Notes: generated by a model from the sequence alone, not told the origin. DNA of 21,171 nucleotides from Breznakia blatticola (GCF_004365815.1 NZ_SODD01000015.1:1-21171); one strand, 5' to 3'; shown: positions 8,636 to 18,000, counted from the first letter of the stretch. A program made the numbers and translations.

Positions 8636-8662
8636 ATTGTAAGCACTTACATTTTTTATCAA
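8636..8662 (-). promoter_or_regulatory. Candidate promoter of the phosphorylase operon with an overlapping cre-like palindrome (8638-8651)
   Basis: The plus strand reads TGTAAGCACTTACA, with perfect arms TGTAAG/CTTACA. It matches the cre consensus at 13 of 14 positions, with the central CG replaced by CA. On the minus strand TTGATA (8657-8662) is followed by a 15-nt spacer and TACAAT (8636-8641). The spacer is short, so the promoter call is weak; the palindrome itself is unambiguous. Confidence 0.4.
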
Positions 8663-8765
8663 TATATATAAAATCCATAACGAAATAATCGTTTTTTTTC
8701 ACTTTTTTAGTTATGTTGCGAACTTTTCAAAAAAATGAATAATTTTTATTTTTTCTTTTTTAACG

Positions 8766-8794
8766 TTGTAAATTCATATTTTTCTATCTACAAT
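8766..8794 (+). promoter_or_regulatory. Sigma-A promoter of the first AraC-family regulator
   Basis: TTGTAA (8766-8771), a 17-nt spacer, then TACAAT (8789-8794). It lies ~36 nt upstream of the GGAGG RBS and the ATG at 8831. Confidence 0.6.
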
Positions 8795-8830
8795 GAGATT
8801 GTGTAAAGGTTTTATTCTAGGGAGGTTATT

Positions 8831-9685
8831 ATGAGTAACAATCGCTATCAAATCATTCGAAAACAACATGAAAAAACGAAGCTTGTTCTTCGTTATATTA
8901 CGCATGCACAAAGGGGTTCAGATTGGCATAGCGTAAAGCATGTCCATGACTTTACAGAGATATTTTTCGTCGTGAATGGCAAGGGACGTTTTCTAATCGA
9001 TAATGAAAGTTTTAGTACATACAGTGATGATGTTGTCATCATCAGTTCCAAAATTCCACATACGGAAAGCCCAATGGAAAATGAAGATTTTGAATACATC
9101 GTATTAGGTGTTGAGGGTTTAGAATTGCAAGATCATAATGGCAATAAATTAGTACGCCAAGTCTTTAATTTAAATAGTGAACATGACAAAATGATGTTTT
9201 ATTTAAATGTACTGTTACAAGAAGTAGAACTTAAAAACGAACGATATGAAGCCATTTGCCACAATATCTTGGAAGTGCTAATCTTTCTAATCATTCGCAG
9301 CAATGATAAACAACTTTCCTATCGAAGTATTACCAAAGGGATGAAAGAATGTGAAATCATTGAAAACTATATTAAAGCAAATTATCATAAAAATATTACA
9401 CTTGATGACCTAAGTGAATTAACGTATTTAAGTAAATTTTATATCAGTCATGCATTTAAACGATATAAAGGAATATCACCGATTTCCTACTTAATTCAAA
9501 CGCGCATACAGCACGCAAAGAAGCTATTAGAGAGCACAAATAAATCAATGGCACAGATTGCTACAGATGTTGGCTTTGTCAGTCAGTCGCACTTCTCACA
9601 AACATTTAAACAAGAAACAAATCATACGCCATTTGAATATCGAAAACTCTCACAAGAACTCAAACAAGATACAGATCGTCAATAA
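8831..9685 (+). CDS. AraC/XylS-family transcriptional regulator, cupin sensor plus HTH_18 (284 aa)
   Basis: The N-terminal cupin-like region reads HVHDFTEIFFVVNGKGRFLIDN...IPHTE. The C-terminal double HTH reads ITLDDLSELTYLSKFYISHAFKRYKGISPISYL...MAQIATDVGFVSQSHFSQTFKQETNHTPFEYR. It is divergent from the phosphorylase operon. Confidence 0.9.
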   Translation: MSNNRYQIIRKQHEKTKLVLRYITHAQRGSDWHSVKHVHDFTEIFFVVNGKGRFLIDNESFSTYSDDVVIISSKIPHTESPMENEDFEYIVLGVEGLELQDHNGNKLVRQVFNLNSEHDKMMFYLNVLLQEVELKNERYEAICHNILEVLIFLIIRSNDKQLSYRSITKGMKECEIIENYIKANYHKNITLDDLSELTYLSKFYISHAFKRYKGISPISYLIQTRIQHAKKLLESTNKSMAQIATDVGFVSQSHFSQTFKQETNHTPFEYRKLSQELKQDTDRQ

Positions 9686-9688
9686 TGC

Positions 9689-9716
9689 AAAAAGGTACAG
9701 TTAGCTGTACCTTTTT
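9689..9716 (+). terminator. Rho-independent terminator of the AraC gene
   Basis: AAAAAGGTACAG-ttag-CTGTACCTTTTT, a perfect 12-bp stem running into a T-run, 4 nt after the stop. Confidence 0.8.
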
Positions 9717-9741
9717 TGTTCTTATTTGAAGTAAGACACAC

Positions 9742-9770
9742 AAAAACCCATGTATTTAACATGGATTTTT
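9742..9770 (-). terminator. Rho-independent terminator of the DUF4874-like/889-aa operon
   Basis: The minus strand reads AAAAATCCATGT-taaat-ACATGGGTTTTT, followed by GTGTG. It lies ~55 nt after the stop at 9825. Confidence 0.7.
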
Positions 9771-9824
9771 ATGAAGTCAGTATATTTATTATCAAGTTAA
9801 TATATTAACTAAGAGGGCTTTATT

Positions 9825-12494
9825 TTACTTCTTTACTTTCTTTTGATACCCAAAAGTAAGTACAAATGCTGATGCAAGTAACATCAATACCCATACACCT
9901 GTATTGGTAGTATCTGAAGTATCTGTTCCTGTTGTTGGTTTTTCTTCATTACCAGGAGCGATATTTGGTTTTTCTTCATTTGGTTTTTCACCTGGTTTTC
10001 GTAATTGATTAATTGCATTTGTAAGTTCTACTTTTGCTTGTAATACATCACCTGCAGTTGCACTTGGATCACTTAAAACAACTTTTGCATCTGCTAAGGC
10101 ATCTATGAATACTTTCCATGTTTCTTTAGTGTAATCTGCTTCTTTTAGTTTTGTGCAGTCATCAACAAGATCCTGTAGTTCTGTTTTATCTACTGCTTCA
10201 TTACTAACTAAACGACTTACCGCATCCATTAGTGCATCATATGCAAGATCAATTTCACCTTGTAATGCTTGGTTGTTAGCTAAAATTGTCTTCGCGTTTT
10301 GAAGTTGTGTATGTACATCATTCCATGATGCTTGTGTATAATCCGCTTCATGAAGCGCTTCTACTGCACTAACAACGAACTGTAGTTTTGTCTTATCACC
10401 TAAGCGAACAAGTGCATCCATCGCTGTTTCTAGCGCTGCTGTAGCTGCATCAACTGCCTCTTGGCTTTCTGGATTTGCTACTACACCATTTGCATGTGTA
10501 AGCACGTTTGTTAGCTTCTCAACACTTGCAGTTGTATATAATGTTTTATCCAAAGCATTTGCTTTTGCGATTGCTTCAGTAAGTTTATCAGTTTGAATTG
10601 TTGGTGTTGTTTGTTGTTCAATAATATCCAATGTTGTGCGAATATCTGCTTCTAATTGATTCACTTTCGCTTGTGTGTTACGTGCAAGTGTATCTTGATT
10701 CTCAGCAAGTAACATATGCATCTCTAGTAATTCAATCACTTCTGGATCTGCTTTTAATCCACTTCCTTGTTTTTGATTTTCAAGAACTGTTTTTGCTTTG
10801 GCAATTGTTGCTTCTAAAGAATTACAATCCACTAAAGCATCACCTTTAATTAGTAATAATTGTAACTTAGTTGCTTGTTGCTCTGATGCACTTCCTTTCA
10901 TATCAATTTTAAAAGTATCTGATACAACTTGACCTTGTGTTGTTAAATCAAAGGTTTGACCTTCTACTTCATGGATACTATTTTTCCATGGAATCGATAC
11001 ATTGTTTGTAATTGGTACCCATTGATCACCTTTTTTTGCTGAAATTGCGATTGTTGATACCCCATGTGATTTTGGTTTGTCTGTTAAGATCAATAATTCT
11101 TTAGCATCAATTGCTTGATCAAAAGTTAGATAAATCGATCCATCAAGTGCACTACCAAATTCCTCAAATGTTACGCCCGTTCCTAATTGGCCGTCGATTA
11201 AATTTTCTAATTTCCCTTCTTTAATCGTTACATTTTCTGCTTGGATTTCCACCTTTTTAGAAAGTTCATTTTGGCTTGCATAGAACGTTTGAATTTCATT
11301 ATTAAGCTTTGCTAGTTCTGCTTCATAATCCGCTTCACTTACATCAGGATTTGCAGCAACAACTTTTGCTTGTTCTAATACAGCAAGCAATGTTTGTACA
11401 CTTGTAGTACTAAACTCTCCGTAATTATCCCCAATTAATAATCTACGTAAGTTTTTCTCCATTGCATCAACAACGGCATTTAATTCACCAATTTTACGAA
11501 CAAGTTTTCCATTTGGCTTAACTAATCGCATATTGATTTTTGTTGAACCCCATTGTGCATATCCTGCATTTACTTTAATTCTAAATTTTGTAGTTTGTAC
11601 TGCTTTTTTAAGCGTATAAACTAGATTTTCTTGTGCTTGTACACCTGCTTTTGTTTTCCAAGCAAATGTTACATTTTTTTCGAGTGATTTCCATTCGCCA
11701 TCTTCAAAGTATTCAAAATCTGCGTTTTTAATTCCTTGACTTGTTGGATACCAACCAATCATTTCGACGCGATCGATTTCTACAAGATTTGTATAGTCAT
11801 ATACGATATATGCATTTTTCCCCGACAAATCACCACCAGGTCCAAAATCAATATCATTTGCATCTGGGTTACTCACAAAGTAATCCATCTCTCCTTTTTT
11901 TAGTGTTAAGTTTTCAAAACTTACTACTGGTTTTGTCATTCCCGATGTAGCTGCATCATCAATTTTTGGTGCAATTACATGCATACATGTTTTCTTGCTC
12001 CATCTTGTGTTTACACCCAACACAACAATACGAATATCTGTTGTTGTAATTGGTTGATGGAAGTATTTTGTAAGTGTCGTTGGCCCACCAACACTACCAT
12101 TTGCATAGGTAACTGGTGTTTCTTCTAAATCTACCCATTGGTCTTGATCTTTGTATTGTACTTTATACTTATTAATCCCTTGTTGATCACCCCACCAACC
12201 AGTGAATGTTACACCAATAAACGTTTCCTCTTGATCATATGCATACGCAAAATACGCATTTCCTTCACTCATCAATTGTTCATCCACGAAGAAATTAAAA
12301 TCTTTCTTGTTTTCTAAATTCACTAAATTTTCATACATACTTGGTGTTGTATCTGAATTTAAAGTAATTCCATTTGTACTAATTATTGGCAGGTTATCTT
12401 TTGCTAGAACTTTAGCATTTCCCTGTATGATAAACATACTCAATAAAAGGACTGTCGCAATTATACATTTCCCAATTTTATTTATGTATTTCAT
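9825..12494 (-). CDS. Secreted surface protein: three beta-sandwich (galactose-binding-domain-like, putative CBM) modules, FIVAR-type helical stalk and C-terminal TM anchor; no recognisable catalytic domain (889 aa)
   Basis: The signal peptide reads MKYINKIGKCIIATVLLLSMFIIQGNAKVLA. Three ~120-130-aa modules (aa ~60-178, 195-328, 420-552) share a discoidin-like pattern (hydrophobic-x-V...GW/W...G(I/V)...Y...W..L.....W........RI.V). FIVAR-like repeats carrying the Y-T-x-x-S/T-W motif span aa ~555-833. The tail reads TDTSDTTN-TGVWVLMLLASAFVLTFGY-QKKVKK. The RBS is GGGAGG, 11 nt after the upstream gene stop. Confidence 0.75.
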   Translation of the reverse strand: MKYINKIGKCIIATVLLLSMFIIQGNAKVLAKDNLPIISTNGITLNSDTTPSMYENLVNLENKKDFNFFVDEQLMSEGNAYFAYAYDQEETFIGVTFTGWWGDQQGINKYKVQYKDQDQWVDLEETPVTYANGSVGGPTTLTKYFHQPITTTDIRIVVLGVNTRWSKKTCMHVIAPKIDDAATSGMTKPVVSFENLTLKKGEMDYFVSNPDANDIDFGPGGDLSGKNAYIVYDYTNLVEIDRVEMIGWYPTSQGIKNADFEYFEDGEWKSLEKNVTFAWKTKAGVQAQENLVYTLKKAVQTTKFRIKVNAGYAQWGSTKINMRLVKPNGKLVRKIGELNAVVDAMEKNLRRLLIGDNYGEFSTTSVQTLLAVLEQAKVVAANPDVSEADYEAELAKLNNEIQTFYASQNELSKKVEIQAENVTIKEGKLENLIDGQLGTGVTFEEFGSALDGSIYLTFDQAIDAKELLILTDKPKSHGVSTIAISAKKGDQWVPITNNVSIPWKNSIHEVEGQTFDLTTQGQVVSDTFKIDMKGSASEQQATKLQLLLIKGDALVDCNSLEATIAKAKTVLENQKQGSGLKADPEVIELLEMHMLLAENQDTLARNTQAKVNQLEADIRTTLDIIEQQTTPTIQTDKLTEAIAKANALDKTLYTTASVEKLTNVLTHANGVVANPESQEAVDAATAALETAMDALVRLGDKTKLQFVVSAVEALHEADYTQASWNDVHTQLQNAKTILANNQALQGEIDLAYDALMDAVSRLVSNEAVDKTELQDLVDDCTKLKEADYTKETWKVFIDALADAKVVLSDPSATAGDVLQAKVELTNAINQLRKPGEKPNEEKPNIAPGNEEKPTTGTDTSDTTNTGVWVLMLLASAFVLTFGYQKKVKK

Positions 12495-12505
12495 TGTGAA
12501 CCTCC

Positions 12506-14002
12506 CTACTTCAAGATGCCAAGGACATTGTTTCCTTGTACATAATTTAAATCATTGGCAAATCGAATCGTCGTTCCATCTTCCACTTCTGCGCGAATTG
12601 CTACCATATATGGTTTTGATGCGTCTGGTCGTGTAAGTTGTACGTTAATTTGCTTATTACCCGGCTGTAATTCACTTGCCTTGCACATACTTGTTGCATC
12701 TACAACAGTTCCCTTTGCATCAAGTAATACAAGTTCCATCTTTGTGACTTTGTGTGGTGCAGAAAATCCGTAGTTAGCAATATCTACAGACACATTTACA
12801 ACATCATCCTTTACTGTTGCTGTTGCACTTTCCACTTTTAAATAGTATCCTAAATAATCACGTAAATATTCAAACATGTTTCGTGGAATGTTGTTCCCAT
12901 CAGCATCCATAAACCATGCTTCATCGTAAGGTAAATCATATGTATCTAAAATGGCTTGGTTCACATATTCGTGTTGCCACTCTGCCATACTATATGTTTT
13001 TCCTTGTTCTTTATTTTGTTCTTTGTAGTTATGTGTCATAGACAGTGAAGTAAAATGATGTTCTTTCATACGTTGTGCAATTAAATATGCATTAATTGCT
13101 TTACCACCTGTATAATATCCATTCGCACTTCCCCAAATCATTTCTCCATCCACGAGAAGTTGTTTGGATTCTTCTGTCATTTTCTTCCACTTTGTCGCAT
13201 TTCTATCTGCTCCTGCAGTATTCCAAGAGTGTAGTACACCAATTAGAAAGTCATCATGGAATGCTACTCGATTATAATCTTCACTTGTATTAGGCACATT
13301 ATTTTCTTTAATGTATGAATAACGTACTTGTACTTGCATATCTTTTGGTGTTGCTGCTAATACTGCATCCATTACCGCCTTATTGTCAATACGAGACATC
13401 GCACCTGAATCCCATTCTCCCCATGCACCAACAATTCCTGCTTGGAATACATGGATTTGATCTTTATGTTCTTCAATGAATGGTTTTACTTGCACCATAT
13501 GACGTTGAATTTGAGCAAGTGTTGGTTCTTGCGATGTTGGATTTGAATCATTTGAAACATATGCAAAACGGAAAATTGCTTTAAGATCATGTTCTTTTAG
13601 CTTATCAAAATAAGCATTCATGTTTTTAAATGCATTATCATCTAAGTCTTTATCCTTATATCCAGTTAGATAAAAATACACTTGAATCAATTTTGGATTA
13701 TCTGACTTGTATGTTGCAATTTCATTTTCCAATTGTTCAATTGCATCTACTGTTTTGTACTCAAATAAACTCTTATTGGTTTCCACATTGAGATACACTT
13801 CCATTCGATATCCACGGTTTGGATTCTCTTGAAGCAACATGCTTTGATTTCCATCTAGACTTTTCACATTGAAGTCATATGTTTTTTCTTTTGGAATCAA
13901 ACTTCTCTGATTTAGTAAAACATTTGTGGAGATCATTCCACCAATTAATGCAAACACTAACATTCCTAGAACGAAGTATTTGCTTCTTCTCAATTTGTCC
14001 AC
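12506..14002 (-). CDS. N-terminally membrane-anchored putative glycoside hydrolase, DUF4874/DUF4832-like TIM-barrel plus C-terminal beta-sandwich (498 aa from GTG 14002; 508 aa from ATG 14032)
   Basis: The tracked ORF is 12506-14032. The ATG at 14032 has no RBS. An internal AAGGGAGGT (14011-14019) lies 7 nt before GTG 14000-14002, giving (M)DKLRRSKYFVLGMLVFALIGGMISTNVLL, a signal-anchor. The motifs ENPNRGY (13811-13825), GIVGAWGEWD (13412-13426), AFHDDFL and VDGEMIWG resemble my memory of the DUF4874/DUF4832 pair of predicted clan GH-A-like hydrolases. This was not verified by search. Confidence 0.6.
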   Translation of the reverse strand: MDKLRRSKYFVLGMLVFALIGGMISTNVLLNQRSLIPKEKTYDFNVKSLDGNQSMLLQENPNRGYRMEVYLNVETNKSLFEYKTVDAIEQLENEIATYKSDNPKLIQVYFYLTGYKDKDLDDNAFKNMNAYFDKLKEHDLKAIFRFAYVSNDSNPTSQEPTLAQIQRHMVQVKPFIEEHKDQIHVFQAGIVGAWGEWDSGAMSRIDNKAVMDAVLAATPKDMQVQVRYSYIKENNVPNTSEDYNRVAFHDDFLIGVLHSWNTAGADRNATKWKKMTEESKQLLVDGEMIWGSANGYYTGGKAINAYLIAQRMKEHHFTSLSMTHNYKEQNKEQGKTYSMAEWQHEYVNQAILDTYDLPYDEAWFMDADGNNIPRNMFEYLRDYLGYYLKVESATATVKDDVVNVSVDIANYGFSAPHKVTKMELVLLDAKGTVVDATSMCKASELQPGNKQINVQLTRPDASKPYMVAIRAEVEDGTTIRFANDLNYVQGNNVLGILK

Positions 14003-14103
14003 AGACGTACCTCCCTTTATGATTACTCTCATCGTAACATTTACACTTTTTTATTTCTTACGCAATAAAGATGAGTATTTAACAAACGTATAAAATATGG
14101 AAC

Positions 14104-14117
14104 CGTAAGCGTTTACA
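14104..14117. promoter_or_regulatory. cre-like box in the divergent spacer between the DUF4874-like operon and the second AraC gene
   Basis: CGTAAGCGTTTACA matches TGWNANCGNTNWCA at 13 of 14 positions. It overlaps a possible -35 (TTTACA, 14112-14117) for the AraC gene, with AATAAT 17 nt downstream. Confidence 0.5.
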
Positions 14118-14160
14118 AATTCTATATTTTAGGTAATAATTATATTGTGAGGGAAATACT

Positions 14161-15033
14161 ATGGATAGAAACGATACACAATTGGAGCATACATTTTTAG
14201 AACAACTACAAGGGAATTTAATACATAACGCTCTAATCCAACACTTACCAGAAAACTATCATTTTGGACCACATACACATCGAAATATAGAAATCTGTGT
14301 CGTTCAAAATGGAGAGTGTGATATTATCATCAATGGAAATCGAGTTACCGTACATAAAAATGAATTTATTGTTTTATTTCCACATGTAATTCATAGTTTT
14401 CAAGTAAAAGAAAATACAACATGCACATTTATGCAAATGCATTTTTACTTGGAACACTTTGAAGCACTAAATTCAAGTCTGAAAAAAGATTTGAAATTTA
14501 TGCAATACCTATCCAAGAAAAGTAAATTGTATATTAAAGCACCAACAACTCATCAAATTCAAAACTGTATGGAGCGTATTACAGAAGAAATGCATCATAG
14601 ACATAGTAAAGGGAATGTCTTATCCAACTTATACATATTTGAAATAGTACTCTTGTTATCTAGAGAGATGGAACCTAATTTTCACAATCAACACAGTGAA
14701 GAAAACTTACATGTCGCAAAAGCGATTCAATACATTCATGAACATATTGAAGAACGTCTACCGCTAGATGAAATTGCGTTATATTGCAATATAAGCAAGC
14801 GACATTTAACCGATTTATTTAAACGTTATTTACGTATCACAGTAAATGACTATGTACAAATCACCAAACTAAATTACATCATGGATTATATGTCCGACCA
14901 TCATACAAATTTGACTGAACTCGCATATCGGTATGGATTTAGTAGTCCACAATACTTCTCAACAATATTCAAGCGTATTGTTGGTGTAAGTCCTAAGGAA
15001 TTCTTAAAGATGAAATCTGTAAAACACAACTGA
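14161..15033 (+). CDS. AraC/XylS-family transcriptional regulator, cupin sensor plus HTH_18 (290 aa)
   Basis: The cupin-like N-terminus reads HTHRNIEICVVQNGECDIIINGNRV...FPHVIHSF. The C-terminal double HTH reads LPLDEIALYCNISKRHLTDLFKRYLRITVNDYV...LTELAYRYGFSSPQYFSTIFKRIVGVSPKEFLK. The RBS is GAGGGA. Confidence 0.9.
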   Translation: MDRNDTQLEHTFLEQLQGNLIHNALIQHLPENYHFGPHTHRNIEICVVQNGECDIIINGNRVTVHKNEFIVLFPHVIHSFQVKENTTCTFMQMHFYLEHFEALNSSLKKDLKFMQYLSKKSKLYIKAPTTHQIQNCMERITEEMHHRHSKGNVLSNLYIFEIVLLLSREMEPNFHNQHSEENLHVAKAIQYIHEHIEERLPLDEIALYCNISKRHLTDLFKRYLRITVNDYVQITKLNYIMDYMSDHHTNLTELAYRYGFSSPQYFSTIFKRIVGVSPKEFLKMKSVKHN

Positions 15034-15044
15034 ATATTTCATAA

Positions 15045-15074
15045 AAAGATCTCTACGGCTTTGTAGAGATCTTT
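15045..15074. terminator. Bidirectional terminator between the convergent AraC and 1680-aa genes
   Basis: AAAGATCTCTAC-ggcttt-GTAGAGATCTTT, a perfect 12-bp stem. It is flanked by an A-run on the left and a T-rich run on the right, so it can serve both strands. Confidence 0.8.
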
Positions 15075-15082
15075 ATTATTAC

Positions 15083-18000
15083 TTATTTCTTTTTCATTTT
15101 TCTTGTATAGCCAACCCCAATCCCTAGTGCAGATAATGCAAGTAACATCAGTAATACATTTATATTTGTTGTATCACCTGTGTCTGTACCATCTGCTGGT
15201 TTATTTGGTTTTTCAGGTGAAATACTTGGCAATTCTTTACTTGGTTCTTTTAGTTGGTTAATTGCATTTGTAAGTTCAACTTTCGCTTGTAGAACATCAC
15301 CAGCTGTTGCATTTGGATCTTCTAAAACTGTTTTTGCTTTTTCTAAAGCATCCACAAATACATTCCAAGAATCTTTTGTGTAATCAGCTTCTTTTAGTTT
15401 AGAACTGTCTTCAACAAGATCTTGCAATTCATCTTTTGCAACTTCTACAGTGCTTGTTAGTTTACTTACTGCATCTAATAATGCATCGTATGCAGCATCC
15501 ACATCACTTTGTAGTGCTTGATCATTTGCTAATACGACATTCGCTTTTGCAAGTGCATCTGCTACAGCTGTCCAAGTTTCTGGCGTATATTCACTTTCAT
15601 CTAACACTTCAACGATATCAACTAATACTTTTAACTCAGCTTTATCTCCAAGTTTTACAAGTGCATCAATTGCCGCTTGTAAGTTTGCAGTAGCACTATC
15701 TAGTTGACTTTGTTTGTCTGCTTCATTAAGTGCTTTCTTTGCTGCATCTAGTGCAGTTTGTAAAGCATTTGCTGTTTCTGTAGTGTATTTACTTTGATCA
15801 ATTTTCTCTGCTTTTGCAATTGCATCTGCAAGTTTTGTCGAATCAAGTTTTACACGAACAAGCGCATCTTTTGCAGTAGTATATGCATCTGTAACACTTG
15901 CAATTGTTTCATCTTCAATATCCAATACATGTGACGCTTCGATTAATGCATCATATGCATCTTTGTAATCTTTATAGCTATCTGCAGTAAAGTATTCTGG
16001 ATCTTCTAATGTTTGTTGAGCTACAAAATCTCTAAATGAGTTGTAATCACCAATTGGTTTAAGTTCTTGGAAGAAACGAAGTTCAACAGCAGCAGCATGT
16101 TTTGCTTGTACTCCATAATCACTTAATACTTTGATTCGTACTGCTGAAGAAGTCACAACATCATCAAAGTAAATCATTTGTGCACCACCATCATTGATTG
16201 TACCTGTTTTTACATCAACCCAATTTCCTTCATCATCTTTCACTTGAATCAAGTAGTCTTTCATGTTTCCATTTGTTTTTGCAGTACGTCCAGTGTACTC
16301 CATAGAATCAAATGATAGTTCTTCACCAAAGTCTAAAGCAATCCAGTGATCACGTGGATCTGGGTATGCTGCAGCCCAGTTTGAGTGCCACAATGTATTT
16401 GTTTTTCCATCGATGGCAAATTTTGCTGGTCCTTCTGTTTGTGATTTTCCATATTCAGAACTTGCTGTTGCAGTCCAATCTGTACGATCTAATTCTTTTG
16501 TTCCTTCAAGGAGTAAACCTTTGAATTGATTTTGTGCATCATCGTATCCAACACTCACATTTTTAAATGTAAGATTTCCAATGAATCCACTAAATTCTTT
16601 ACTACCAACAGTAACTTTTGCATTTGGATTTGTTGGTAGTGATGCATCTGGTAAATAGATTGAGCTATGTAAATTTCCATCTACATACACTTTACATAAA
16701 CCATTTAGTTCTCTAGCTACAGCTACTGTGTGAATTGCATCGTCAGCAACTTGTCCCACATATTTTGTTGTTGTCGTTGTAGGTACATACTCTGCAGTTC
16801 CTACTAATCCATGTTCAAGATCAACTACTTCAGTAATCAATTCTTTTGAAGATAATGTTTCTCCATTAATTGTAGTAACGATATATCCTTCATCATCAAT
16901 TGCGACTGTAAGTCCATCTTGATTGTATACTACGGCATTCTTAGATGCTGTTTTTAGAATAAATGATAGTCCAAATTCACCAACACCGTCAAATGTGTTT
17001 GTATCTTTTAGCTCGTATGCTTTTTTATTCAATCCAAACATCGGAATATCTGCACGTGATAATGATCCTTGAATAACATCAGCATCATCTTTAAAATCAT
17101 CTGTTGTTGTTAAGGCTGCAACTACATGATCTTCATATGCTTTTACTTCTAATGTATCATTTGCTGTGTTTCCTGCAATATCAGCATATGTCACTTTCAC
17201 TTCGTTTGTTTTTGCTAATGGACTATCACATACAACACGAGCAGTACGGTAATCTTCTAGTAAAGTTATTGAACTAACTTCATTTCCTTTAATTGTTACT
17301 GTTAGTTCATCTGAAATACGTTCACTAAAACGAATATCTAATGTTTTATCATCTGTATTTCTAACAACTTCAATTGTTGGTGCTTGACCATCTTGAATTC
17401 CATATTGGTATGCAACCATTTCATATGGCGCAAGTTTTACAGTTACACTATCTCCATAAGAGATTGTTTTATCATCTGCTTTATTTTTGTATGGACAGAT
17501 CTGTGTTTGTTTCACACTTTGTACATCTGTAGCTACACCAGCATTTCCATCATATGTGAATGTATACTCTTTTTCTGATGCTGTTGGGTTTCTAAAGTAT
17601 ACAATTCCTTGATTTCCATCCCATGAAGAGTATCCATAAATTCCTTGTTTTGATTTTGGTGATGAACCAAATAGTTTAGCTTTTTCTAAGATTTCTTCAT
17701 TTGCTTCTGCAAACTCTAGTACATCAGCTGTTACTTTCCATTTTGCATCATCCATCATATCAGGAGAGAAATATAATTCCCAGAATGCAGTTCCACGCAT
17801 TGCATTCGCAAACATGTAGTCTCTGAATTCTTCAGTATTCATTTTTACTCCTGCTGCATTTCCATAAATTGGATCATGGTTGTATACATTTTTCAGTGGG
17901 AATTGGAAGTCTCCATCCACTCCATTCACAAAGTAAACATTATCACGACCAGAAATCATTTTTGCTGATTGTGTACCACCATTCGTCGCATCACTAGCTA

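Noticed and set aside
9795-9810. A perfect 16-bp palindrome AGTTAATATATTAACT just downstream of the 889-aa gene stop.
   Set aside because: It is almost pure A/T. My rough estimate is that about one such palindrome is expected by chance in 21 kb of this composition. It lacks the stability of a terminator and has no second copy.
9825-9932. A canonical LPXTG sortase motif at the C-termini of the surface proteins. The LPSIS/LPSIG strings in two of them were considered as degenerate LPXTG.
   Set aside because: No L-P-x-T-G is present. The LPSI(S/G) strings lie ~20 residues upstream of the TM helix, which is too far for a classical signal, and the 889-aa protein has KPNIA instead. I report the conserved D-[TS]-T-N element as the feature of interest.
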